From assembly GCA_964187785.1 (NCBI GenBank), contig OZ076411.1, positions 68,572,001 through 68,636,000 of the forward strand: 64,000 nt of DNA, written 5' to 3'. The notes below the pieces were generated by a model. It did not search any database and was not told the origin of the DNA. It saw only the letters and a list, made by a program, of their open reading frames with translations. The position numbers and the translations under genes are program-made. Position 1 is the first letter of the stretch, and each line of letters begins with the position of its first letter. Positions 34,418 through 46,100 of the stretch are shown here, piece after piece. The DNA comes from Amphiscolops sp. MND2022 (lineage: Eukaryota).

Positions 34418-34868
34418 GAGTACGAACCTTATGTGCATATCACTGTATCATTATCTGTCATGCCCACTGGGAGCAAAAACTGAAAATTCTTTCAAAAAAG
34501 CTCTGGAATCCACCTTGCAGTTAATAACATCTCGAACTTATTGTTTTGAGTCATAGAACCATTATTCAAATGTTTCGTTAGGAGGGTTATCAAAAAAGGA
34601 AAAGAAGAAAATTCTTTATTTAGAAGCATCGGAATCAGAAAATTTGGTTGCAATGATTTATAAACTTTGCCATTATCAGAAGGCCGAGACCATAGGAGTA
34701 GTAGGTCAATCTAAAGATACTTTTAGACAACTTTTGTCTTCGTGGCCAATATAATGAAATTACTGCTTGTTTGAGTGTGCGCAATCAGTCACAAGCGAAA
34801 ACTTGTTACGTATTCAAGCAAACACCTTTCAATCACAGGAAAATGAGCATTCAAGTATTTCGTTGGAT

Positions 34869-35879
34869 GCGGGACAAAAGGGGGAAGTAAATAACTTCTA
34901 AATAAATAACTTCTAATTAATATAGTAAACAACTTCTAAATAAATAAGTTCTAAAATTATTTTAGTAAATAACTTCTAAATTGCAATGGCATCTAGTAAA
35001 TAACTTCCAAACAGCTATTTTGACGTAATTATTTCTATAACGTCGTTAGCTATGTTCACATACCCCTAGTGCCCTAAATGCAGGCCATATGGCCATGCCT
35101 CAATGTTGCTACTTGGCGAAGGGAGCGAAGCGACGGGACGAGCCATACAACAAATATGCTAATCTTTTCAAATAACAGTTTTCGGAATAATAGAACGGTA
35201 AGTTTATTTTCGGAATAATGGAACGGTTAATTTATTTTCGGAAGAATGAATAGCAATCTTTACTAGAATGATTTCAGAAGTTACCAGACGCAAATGCATT
35301 TTAGAAGTTATTTACTAATATAATTTTACAACTTATTTATTTAGAAGTTATTTACTAATATAATTTTAGAACTTATTTATTTAGAAGTTATTTACTAATA
35401 TAATTTTAGAACTTATTTATTTAGAAGTTATTTACGTGATCCGGACAAAACAGCCGATTTTCAAAACGGGACAAAACAGCCGATTTTCAAAACGGGAGAA
35501 AACAGCCGATTTTCAAAACGGAACAAAATGAGTGCTGTTACAGCCGATATGCATGGAACTTGGTTTATTTGAAGAGGTTCATATTTGTTGTATGGCTCGG
35601 TCGCTTCGCTCCCTTCGCCAAGTAACAACATTGAGGCATGGCCATATGGCACGTCGCTCCGCTTCGCTTCGCTCCTGCATTTAGGGCACTAGGAGTATGT
35701 GAACATAGCTGACTACGTTATAATAATTATTTTATTGACTGCTAATCTTAAGCATTGACAAAATCGGCGATTTTTATATTTACCAATCGGCGATTTTGTA
35801 CTGTTTTAAAATCTGCTCTTTTGTCCTATTTTGAAAATCGGCTGTTTTGTCCCGTTTAAAATCGGCTGTTTTGTCCCGC
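34869..35879. repeat. Composite element of three interleaved inverted-repeat pairs (A B A' C B' C')
   Basis: A 34886-35000 and A' 35295-35435 (AGTAAATAACTTCTAA arrays); B 35041-35175 and B' 35560-35717; C 35441-35530 and C' 35830-35879; outer GCGGGACAAAA...TTTTGTCCCGC. Confidence 0.85.
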
Positions 35880-38439
35880 TCCCATTTCGTTGTATATCTG
35901 TGACCCACTTCTTGCTACTAACTGGAAAACTTCAAATATTCCAAAGTTCATGCCCGAATTCAAAACTTATCTTATGCTCGAACTCTCATCAAAGAAGCAA
36001 CGAGGAGGTAGATTGTTGACGACAAACGAACTTGAGCGATAATTGAGAACAGAGAAATTTGTAGGAATTCTAGTTTAAGGCAGTTTGTCAAGTTTTGCCA
36101 GTTCAGTCCATTAGACAGGTTGTTTCTTATTACGTAATTGTATCTTTTTGCACCAACAACTTTCTCACAGTACTTGAAAGCTTCATCACACTTCCCTCAC
36201 TCAAAAACATTCCCTCACCGATGAACGACGATTTACAACATAAATGACACCAAATATAAATAGCTACATATACATGTATAGTATTCAAATTAACATCATC
36301 GGGTCAGTATTGACCATATGGGTATATATACTGCTGCTTGTAAGTTCGTTAATTTAGTGTTTTTCAGGTTTGGGTATTTCATACACGCTTGGCAGACTAC
36401 CTTCATCAAGGCTTGAAGTTGGCTCATTTTTTGAAATCATAACGTTATGTCCCAACCAATTTGGCTTCTTGGTCACTACGGCGGAATTTCGTGTTTGATT
36501 CTTTTCCCATTTAACGGTTCCTTTGATGGGTGCTCCTTCACTAAGCCCCGTTCACTTCTCTCCTTCTTTTGTATTTGATTAAGTCTGTGGGTCCATCTCA
36601 TCTCTAGCTGGTTCTTCTGGGTGTTCTCTCATCTGAATTTCCTTAGGTTATTGACCAATGTCATCGCTGCTGTCCTTTCAGATTTATTGTTCTTCAACTT
36701 TTGCCATTTTTTGTACTTGCCACTTTTTCGCAATTTGGCACTTTCGTTTTTTTTATCCTTGTTTTCTGTAATTGGCAGTATGCTGCATTGCAGTTTGTCT
36801 TCGCTTTCGCTAGGTTTTGTGACGGTTTGACCTTTGTGTCCAAGTCATTTCGAAAACACAGCTTCAAACGGACCTTTGCCTGACCACTTGGTTGCAAATA
36901 TTGTACCATAGCTTGCTATAAAGAGATGGTATCTGAAAAGGTGCCGACCTAAAAGAAAAAAAAGCTTATTCGACGTCCATTTTGAGGAATTAGGGCAATG
37001 CACTTTCTTCATCATCATTCCGCACAATTTGATTAAAGGATGGAAATGGGAGCAGTTTTTAAGAGTACTCATTGTCGAAACTCCGAGAGCACCTTTTAAA
37101 ATCACAAATCAATAATAAAGGCTTTCTGGAACACAAATTTGTAGAATTGCTTACAAAAATCAGAGTCTCTATTACACATAACAATAAAATCAGAGGAACG
37201 AAGAAGTTATTTTCACCTTCTAGTAAAAAAAACGACAGGAGAAATCAGAACTCAAAATTCATGACCAAGCCATCAATCTTTTAAAAACTTGGCATTTCAT
37301 TGCAATCACCACCAGTGACGTTGGATGTGAAAATGCAATTTTTCAAAAACGAGTACATACGGAATAATTGAAAGAAGTTGCTGGCTACAAATTGAATGAA
37401 TTCAACTAAAGCCGAGGATTTATATCCATCGAGACAAGGGTTACGATCATTTACTGTCATAGCCGTACAAAGGCACCAAACACCAGGGCGTTGTCAATTT
37501 TCTTAACAGAGTTATACACCGAAGAAATTACACTACAGCAAAAACACATTGTCGCAGGGCTGCCGCCTGTGACGGCAACAAGTATCAAGTAGCCCCTAAA
37601 GACAGCCATCTGTCTCATATACCGGAGTTCTACCACTGTGATCAATTGGACAATTGGTCCTTTTGCCATAAACTTTTAGATTTGAATTAGTATGTTTAAA
37701 ATATAAATTAGTTTAGATTACTGTTATTAGACATGTAACATACACTAGTAAAGATGTTTACCATAAATTGATGATTAATGCTTTTTAGATTGATAATTGA
37801 AACAGGTACTGTAAAATAACTGTATGCAATATAGAAAACGCGTTCAAAGCGAATTTCACTTTGGTCAACTCGACGCGCAGTCTCCTTTGATTAATAACCA
37901 ATCACGTGCTAGAATACTCTAGCCGTGCGTGCCACAGGTCCAATGTGCTGTATTTACTAACGTAATGTAGTCTAGCGGACGGCTAATCCACCGCGCTGTA
38001 TTATTCTCATATAGAATAATAAGTAAACAAGTGCTTGTCATTCAAACCATTCGCTACATAACTTGAAAGGCTGACAGCCTTCCAGTCCCCCCATTCTATT
38101 TATAGCATCAGAGCCAAATCGATGCTATTTTAGGGTATGACCTAACAGTGATGTAATACTGACGTCAGACCAAAGGGCTATCTTAACCCACATTAGTTAC
38201 TATTTTTAGAAACAAGATCATCTTAATTTTGCTAGTCATGCTCTAAATACTATAAAAAGCTGACCCCCGTAGTCCTTGGGACAGAACGTTGAATACGACG
38301 CTACAAACCAGTATACACAAATTGTTGCTCATTGACGAATCTTTGCTATAATCTTGTTCTGTTTTGCATACTCTCAGTTCAATTTTAGTTAACAGATAAA
38401 AGCTCAAATATAATCATTCGCAAGCAATGAATTCTTCGA

Positions 38440-39045
38440 ATGCCCTCAACAAGGAAGCAAATGGCTAAAGAGAAATGGTCCAGACAATCGGACGTTATGT
38501 CCGGCTTAGAGAATGTGGATATAATGTTAGGAAATTACTCTGGAAATGACCTAGACAGTCAGTTAGGAGAGAGAGAAACTGGAGGGGACCTTGAGTCCAC
38601 TGGACTTCAGACAACTAATCCCATCTGTGAGAATTTCAGATCCCTAATTAATATAAATAGCCGAGAAAATAGTGAGATTACCATTGAGACCGCGAGGTTG
38701 ATAAACAATGAGATCACCACCCAAGTTACCAGAAAACTAGACGAGCTTAAGGAAGACTTAAATACACAAATTTTGGAAGTTATCAACCCAGCAATTGCTG
38801 AAAAGGTGCTCCCTAGCATTCAAAATGTACTAGGAGTGGCAAATTCGGTATTAAATGCAACTAGGGGCCACCAGTCCGGTAGACTAGATAGGATCCCCGA
38901 AGATAACTTAGGCCATATGGACCACCGGACCCGGGGTCTTGATAAGGGTCACAGGGACCATTCTAGTATTGCGGACCACTGGTCCAAAGGACTAAATAAG
39001 GGGCCCAGAGACCATTCTAGTCATATGGGCCACCAGTCCGGTTGA
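38440..39045 (+). pseudogene. gag-like N-terminal ORF (201 aa, MPSTRKQ...) ending in an 18-aa tandem repeat
   Basis: MPSTR start and coiled coil (VTRKLDELKEDLNTQILEVIN); repeats continue in frame past the TGA at 39043. Confidence 0.6.
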
Positions 39046-39190
39046 CAATATGAGAACCCAGGAGACCTATATAGTCAAGTAGACGACAAGTCTACGAGAC
39101 CAGTCAAAAGTTCTAAAAGTTATCTTGGCATATCGGCCCACAGGTCCACTAGACTAGACAATAGATCAGGAGAACTTTTTGGTCTTCAGG
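38866..39190 (+). repeat. 54-bp (18-codon) degenerate coding tandem repeat, 6 copies
   Basis: Unit starts at 38866, 38920, 38974, 39028, 39082 and 39136 read GHQSGRLD, DHRTRGLD, DHWSKGLN, GHQSG*, DDKSTR and AHRSTRLD. Confidence 0.85.
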
Positions 39191-39572
39191 ACCAACATGA
39201 CCACAGCAAACTAGTTTCCAAATTCAGCAGTCATGGAGGTTTGAACAGAGAAATCCCCGGCTTGAGACCAAGACTTCGACACACATGAACTCCAAAAGAG
39301 AGATGTTCCAATCTAGTTAGAATTACGCCACAAAGACGACATAATTGAGATCAACGAAACCCACTAACAAAACCAGTCCAAATTATCACCCCCAAAACCT
39401 GATAAACATATTCAAAATGCGCCAGGCAACCGAATGAACTGCGAAATACGTCCTTCAAATTGGAGAAAAATCGATTCAGCACCTATTCGCTCTTGGTTTT
39501 AAAAAGTGTTTGGGAAGTCAACCTTCACTCTCAAGAAATTCCACAGTATTCAACAAGCATGGGAAATGGACG

Positions 39573-39735
39573 ATTGAGTCCCAAATGCAAAAAGCGACAA
39601 TTGAGTGCCAAAATAAATTAAATTTAGGGGGTCGACAATTGAGTCCCGCCACAATTTCTTTGGGACTCAATTGTCGCGGGCCTCAATTGACGCTTTTTTG
39701 CATTTGGGACTCAATTTGTAATGGGACTCAATTTT
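39573..39735. repeat. Small palindromic element built from AATTGAGTCCC / GGGACTCAATT motifs
   Basis: 39573-39605 is the inverse of 39682-39715, with a nested hairpin at 39636-39675; about 7 motif copies. Confidence 0.8.
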
Positions 39736-41429
39736 TTTTTGGAAAGTGTAAACCATCGGAACTAATACACAAAACGGTTAACTAAAAAACCTTCACAATC
39801 CACAAAATGTGACTAAAATGCAAAGGAGGTAGTAATTAAAACAGTGTAAATTTAGCAGTCAAACATGGATTATGGAAAAAAGCATACATATTATTCAAGA
39901 TCATTATTGTCATTGTAGAGTATATCTTACAATTTGAGCTTACCGAGTTTCGATGCATATAGATAAATAACATTTTATACACATAACATTATAATGCTGT
40001 TGAAAATAGATCCATTTTGATTAACTGCTTTATTTCTCTGTACACAGTTTAAAATACAGCCGATTTTGGTCTCGACTAATTCGATAAACCCAAGTAAACA
40101 AAGTAACCGAACCAACAAATATGACAGAAAAACTTATCGTACCATATCTAGAAGCCTCAGCACACGACGGAAAACCGGATTCACACACAGACAATGACTA
40201 GAGAGACTCCGACAACTTACCAGAAGAGAACACAGCATGGACATCATGCAAAGGAGAAGAAAATACAGAAAACCGATGAATGGGAAAAAACACAAGCGTA
40301 GAGGAAGACTTGAATTGGGACATCGGACTTTAAGTACGGCGAAACAGAAGCGCCAAATCAAATGAAATCATAAAAACGAAATTACCCGAGATACAAAAAT
40401 TAACAAATCGTACTAAGACGAAAACAAGAATGAAGTAATAATCAGGGAAGGCTACAAACATGCATCAAAAACGAAAGGTTTCAAACATCGAGAAGGAAAA
40501 ACGGAATTTATAATTTAGGAGAAAACTGGTTTATCGCCAATACTCGGAATTTATTAGGTTAGAAATTTCAAGCTAATTTTCGAAGAAGACAGTTCGCTGA
40601 CAACAACCAGTGAAAGAAGGAGAAAACACTGAAAATATTTCATGTCTGAGAAAAAAACAGATCAACCAACCACGCCAAAACGAACATACAATTCTGACCA
40701 GGACATAATTCGGTAAATTAAAATGAGTGACCATTACTAGTGCCTTGCCTTGATAAGACGGGAGGAAACGATCTGAAAAAAAAATAGTACAAACACCCAG
40801 CAAGAACTATTCATGTAAATGAGGATTCTTTTCTATCTCTGGTACTAATTACCCGAAGAGCATTAAAAAGCTAGAAATAAAATTCAACTCACGGAAACCA
40901 GAAAACACTGTGTAAAAACGGCACCACACATTTCGACGCACGGTTGAGCGATTGAATCAAATTTCGGTAGAACTTACAATAGACCGAACAGTGCAACTTC
41001 TCAAACCAAAAATTCCGGTTTGGATTACCTATAGAGGCAATTGAACTTATCCGAAGAAACAAACCGACAATGCGTGTTCCATTCAATCAACCGGGGAAAA
41101 ACTTAGTTGATAATAAAGATTCAAAACAGGATTCACGGAGTTCCTAATCTACCCAATCTTTCGCAAAACGAAAACGGCCGAACAGTTGAAAAGTGTACAC
41201 CTGCATTTTTGGACGATTTAATAACAGTAACACGCAATAGTAAACAGGACTATGGAAACAAGCTGCTCAAGATACTAAGCAAACTAGAAAAAGCAGGATA
41301 CCGTGAGAACAAAAGGAAATCAGCCTTTTTCATGACCCGAAGATATTGGTTGGGACAAAACAACCGAGTGAAACTGAACGAAGAAAGAAAAACAAGGGAG
41401 TACCCTTTAATAAAATTCAAAAATTTTTG

Positions 41430-41700
41430 GAACAATGTCGCATAGTGCCGAAAAAAACAGCAAATGGGGGACCCTTTGGTCTCCCCTCTACTTTTGGAAG
41501 CATTAAAAAATTGTGGTTTAGTGCGAAACGCGAACCCACACTCTCCTGCTTCTCAGACCCCATAAAATCCGTGTTAACCTCTCGGCCAAGAAGTTGAACA
41601 AATGAACAAAAAAAGTGGACCGATCGCGTTGAACTGACGAAACAAAACTAGCCACTGTAAGAGTCGTGCCTTTTCATCGAAAACGCCGACTAAAAACGGA
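41430..41700. repeat. Further copy of the GTGCCGAAAA/GGGGACCCTTT interspersed repeat inserted in the Gypsy remnant
   Basis: CATAGTGCCGAAAAAA..GGGGGACCCTTTGG at 41440-41480 and AAAACTAGCCACTGTAAGAGTCG..ACGCCGACTAAAAA at 41644-41697. Confidence 0.7.
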
Positions 41701-42856
41701 TAAACATACAAAACTACTGAAAAAAGACAAATGAATGCTGTGTCTAAATGACCACAAAATGATTTCACCAGAATTGAACAGATGATAACCAAAAAACATT
41801 GCTAGCATATACGCAGAAAACAAGCATAACATGGTTATTGCAGAAACTAGCAAATATCGGTTTGACACTGTGGTTGCAACAAGATGACCGAAACAAAACG
41901 CTTACCGAGCAAATAGCTAAATGATACTGAAACGAAAAAATCTATCGGAAACAAATAGAAATATTTAAATACTTATACTCTATATGCTATATCTAAACAA
42001 AAGAAATGTAGCATCTATATAGTTGAAGTGACATTTTTTGCACTCTCCCGATCGGACAAAGAAGAACTTGCGGAGAATGACGCTGAGTAGCTACTGCTGG
42101 AGAATAGACTGGGGGTTGCTACAGGCCCAAGGAAGCAGACACCGACAATCCGGAAGAAAGCCGTCATATAGAAAAGAGGACAATGTGATCATTAGGGGTG
42201 ACACTTTGCCAATCAGAGACTTGAGGCAATAAAACTTGGAGGTGAATTGAGCCTTTTATAAACAGATAAAGTTTCAGTGAGAAAACTATCGAACAATTTG
42301 AAAGTCACCGGGGAGACTATAAAACGTTCCGAAATCGAATTCAAGATTGACATGAAGAGCCTGATATCCAAAAGAGCAACGGTCGCAGCAGAGACAAGGT
42401 GAGAACCATGAGATGCACAGACAAAAACAGAGCAAACGGTGGGTATGAACCGGTTATTGATGAATTGTTAGTACAGCGAGACCCGCTCTTTGACGACGAT
42501 CTAATTGTTGTCTCGTTCGACTTCAGGAGACAGCTATTGAACATACAGCATGTGAAAGAATGCATTCACAAGAACTTTATCGAAAAAAAGTAGAGATGTT
42601 CAAATACTAACAGCAATGAATCGTTTTTGTGAATGGTTGACAGTAGAAGTATGCAAAACTTCAGAAACCAAAAAAGTAGAAAATTCTTCAGCATTATTTC
42701 CATTGCAGGAAACGGGCTGAAAAAGACCCGTCTTCACCTAGAAAGACTTGATACTAGCTAAGCTTGAAGACGGGGAACGAAAGTACCAAAAGAGTAAAAC
42801 TGGCATTACGAGTGATTGACGGAAAATTGTAAAACCGACTCGAGTGAAATATTACA

Positions 42857-43056
42857 NNNNNNNNNNNNNNNNNNNNNNNNNNNNNNNNNNNNNNNNNNNN
42901 NNNNNNNNNNNNNNNNNNNNNNNNNNNNNNNNNNNNNNNNNNNNNNNNNNNNNNNNNNNNNNNNNNNNNNNNNNNNNNNNNNNNNNNNNNNNNNNNNNNN
43001 NNNNNNNNNNNNNNNNNNNNNNNNNNNNNNNNNNNNNNNNNNNNNNNNNNNNNNNN
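42857..43056. other. Assembly gap (200 N)
   Basis: Run of exactly 200 N, typical of a fixed-length scaffolding spacer. Confidence 1.
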
Positions 43057-43159
43057 TATATAATTGTATTTACACTGGCCCACAGGGGTATGGGAGGTGT
43101 GGTTGTGTAGGACGTGTATATAAATATTAGTTCTAATAAGCCCCGATTTGCGGGCTGGC

Positions 43160-46100
43160 TTTTATCGATAAACATATAGCATTTAATTACTTTACAAACT
43201 TGGAATACTTTAAAACTTGGATTTTATGTCCATACAGTTTCAGTCCGTCCAGGCTGTTGTGTTATAAATGAATGACTTCAGGTCTTTAACATCGTCCTCA
43301 TTGTTGACGTCTTTCATTTCAACACAGTCTGGTCTTTTATGCAGGATACACTGGAAGAAGAAGTGATAGGGAGTTTCTTCTGATCTTTTACATTTGCAGA
43401 GGGGAGACACACATCTGCTGAGATTCCATTTGTAATCTGCAAGTTTCATGGTGTTTCCGATGAAGAATTCGCATAGCTTGTTTGCAACATAACTGTCACC
43501 GTAAGCCAAGGGTGATAATTTTCCGTTTGATGGTTGGCTCGATTGGAAATTTTTTAGGAAGCAGTTGTTGAAGGAGCTGTTTCATCTATTTCGCCACTGA
43601 CTTGTTATAAATGAATTGATTTCTGGAGGCGAATATTTCAGTCTTGTGTTACTTGGGTAAAGTCGGGAAAATCTTTTCAGGCTAGCTTCTAGGAAATTTG
43701 CTTTGCCCGAGGGTCTACAGAGAGCGGATTGATGACTGTAGAGATCTTGATCGTTATTTTCCTTTAATTTAATTGCAAATTTGATGGCAATACTTAGCTT
43801 GCTTGAATGGATGGAGATGGGCCGTGTTTGAAAACTGACCTAATGACGGAATTTTGAAAAGTCTGTAGTTTCTCCACATTTTTGTGATACCAAATTGGCG
43901 CTCCGTAGAGTAGTTGTGGTAAAATAATGGTTTTGTATAGGAATACTTGTGTAGTAATTGACAGTGAGTACTTCCTGGTGCATTTTCAGGCGATAAGATT
44001 CCAATTTCTTTTGGCTTTGGCAATGCTCTGCTCTGTTTGTTCACGGAAGTTTAATTTGTCGTCAGTTTGGATGCCTAGGGATCTAGTAGACGACTTTATT
44101 TTACAGAGATGCCCGTTCATTACAATAGCTGGTTTTAAAAAATTTCCTGCATTAAAAACTATTATCTCTGTTTTGGAACCATTGACCACCATCCGCCATT
44201 TCCGGCACCAATTTTGAACTTCGTTTGCAACTTCTTGTAATGTTGATTCGAGCGTACTTTGACGAGTACGGCTGTGTCGTCTGCGAATTTGAAGCGGGGA
44301 GAAAGCGTGCCGATGAAGTCATTTATGAACGAAATAAATAAGGTTGGTGAGAGAACGCTACCCTGGGGGAGACCACTTTCAATCTTAAAAGGCGGTGCGT
44401 TGATTTTTCTTACTTTGCTGAAGGATTCGCGAGAGAGCAAAAATGATTTAATAATGTTAAACATCCGACCCGTGATTCCCACTTGGTTGAATTTCAAGAG
44501 GAGGCCATCGACCCATACGCTGTCGGAGGCTTTCTCTAGGTCTATATTAAGTAACGCACCACAAGTTTTTGTTCTCAGGACTTCTTCAATTTCAAGTTGC
44601 ATTCGATAGAGAGATCGTACTGAGCTACGTTTCTCTCTAAACCCTTCTTGTTCCTCATCTATGAGTAGGTTATTCTCGAGAAATATTTTCAGTCAGTTAT
44701 TCAAAATTCTTTCGAGCAACTTACCGACATGGCTGGATATCGTAAGTGGTCTGTAGCTCGAGCTCGATGTATAGTTTGCCTTGCCAGCTTTTTTAATGAA
44801 GATTACCATCGATGTTTTCCAGGGCCAGTTTGCACTCCGGTAGCACTCATTGAAAAAATTTAACAGACTTTGCTTCATTTTGGGTCCAAAATGTTTCAAC
44901 ATAGACACATAAATGTTATCTGTGTCAAAAGCGGTCGACCGTGGAAGATTCTTGATTTCTTTTTCTGAATCAGGCATCGTTATTTTATCGTTGAGATGAA
45001 CATTTTCTACATCAGTGCCGAGGTTTTCGGCTGTAACGGTGACCGTTGCAAAGTGTTCCTGGTCAAAAACTTGTTCCTGAAGATGACGTCCTTCGAAGAA
45101 TGTTTGTTGCAGCTCTTCCGCTATTTCGGTATCAGTGATGGCCAGTGCTCCATTTGCCTTCTTCAGTGGGCCAATCGGACTCTCTTCTGGTTTAAAAATC
45201 GTTCTATAGTTTTGCCAAAAGGATTTTCCTCTGTTGTGATTTAGGAACGTAAGTTTTTCTTGCACCCATTCAGAGGCCTTTTCTGCTAGAAGTTTCTTGA
45301 AATCCATCTTGGCAGCTTCTAATTCATAACCGTTGCTATAATTCGAGTGAAACTTGAATTTCTTGCGCAGTTTCCTTAAATTTGAGCTTTTTTCAGTGAG
45401 CTCTTGACATCAGAACGGTTTGCTATGTCTGGAGGTGACTTTCAAGGGAATGCATCTGCTAGTTACTTCATGTATTGCAGTCCTTATTGTGTCCCATCTT
45501 GTGTCGAGATTATCAGCATCCAAGGTTTTGGCAAAAGATTCATCGCACTCCTCTTGTAGGGCACAGGACCACTTATTCCAGTCCGCTTTTTCGAGCCAAG
45601 GTTTAGTCGAACTTCTTATTTGTTGATCAGGGACTTGACTGGAAACAAAAACGGGATATAAAATACAATAAAAACGTTCCATTAGACCTGTTATGTCGGG
45701 AACAGAAAATTTTGTTGGGCTAAATTGTTGATACATCGGAAAATTTAACGATTTTGTTAAAAAAACGTCGTATTTGGCCTAAAAGACCAAATTTGGTGAG
45801 GGCGAAGCCTCGGAAAATTGTTACCAAGCTTTTAGATCAGCTTAAAACGTTGTTCCTGACATTAGTAGTATAAAATACTACTGCCAAGACGTTTTTTACC
45901 ATCCCCCAATACAAATTGAGACTTTAGCAGTTTGTTCTTTTGGATATACATAGACCTTAGTAGACGACCCCACAGATCTGAGAGTTATAACATCAAAACT
46001 AATAATTGAAACAACCCCACTCTCCTGAATAAAGCCATTACATCTTTTAAGGTTACTATTAGAACAATCCCGAACATCTGGGAGCCAAGAAATAAAAAGT

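Larger units (their letters stand above)
37734..42856 (+). mobile_element. Heavily decayed Ty3/Gypsy LTR retrotransposon (LTR-like start, gag-like ORF, RT and integrase remnants) with later insertions
   Basis: TGTAACA start at 37734, TATA-like at about 38250, ORF 38440-39045. RT remnant PAFLDDLITVT..LEKAGYR..YWLG (FLDD at 41206-41217). Integrase N-terminal-like LFDDDLIVVSFDFRRQLLNIQH at about 42480-42550. LTR 3' end and TSD not resolved. Confidence 0.65.

Noticed and set aside
36140-37300. Minus-strand coding-like remnants (SAPFQIPSLYSKLWYNICNQV; PIKGTVKWEK)
   Set aside because: Many stops and no motif I can assign; probably an old element fragment.
37463-37690. Possible downstream + strand exon for the NERD gene
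   Set aside because: On careful translation the frame stops near 37590; no continuous ORF.
37729-39345. Second solo LTR with a TSD
   Set aside because: The upstream flank AGACA does not match any candidate 3' flank, and decayed gag/pol sequence follows; boundary unresolved.
42754-43175. ORFs spanning the N run
   Set aside because: Artefacts of translating the assembly gap.
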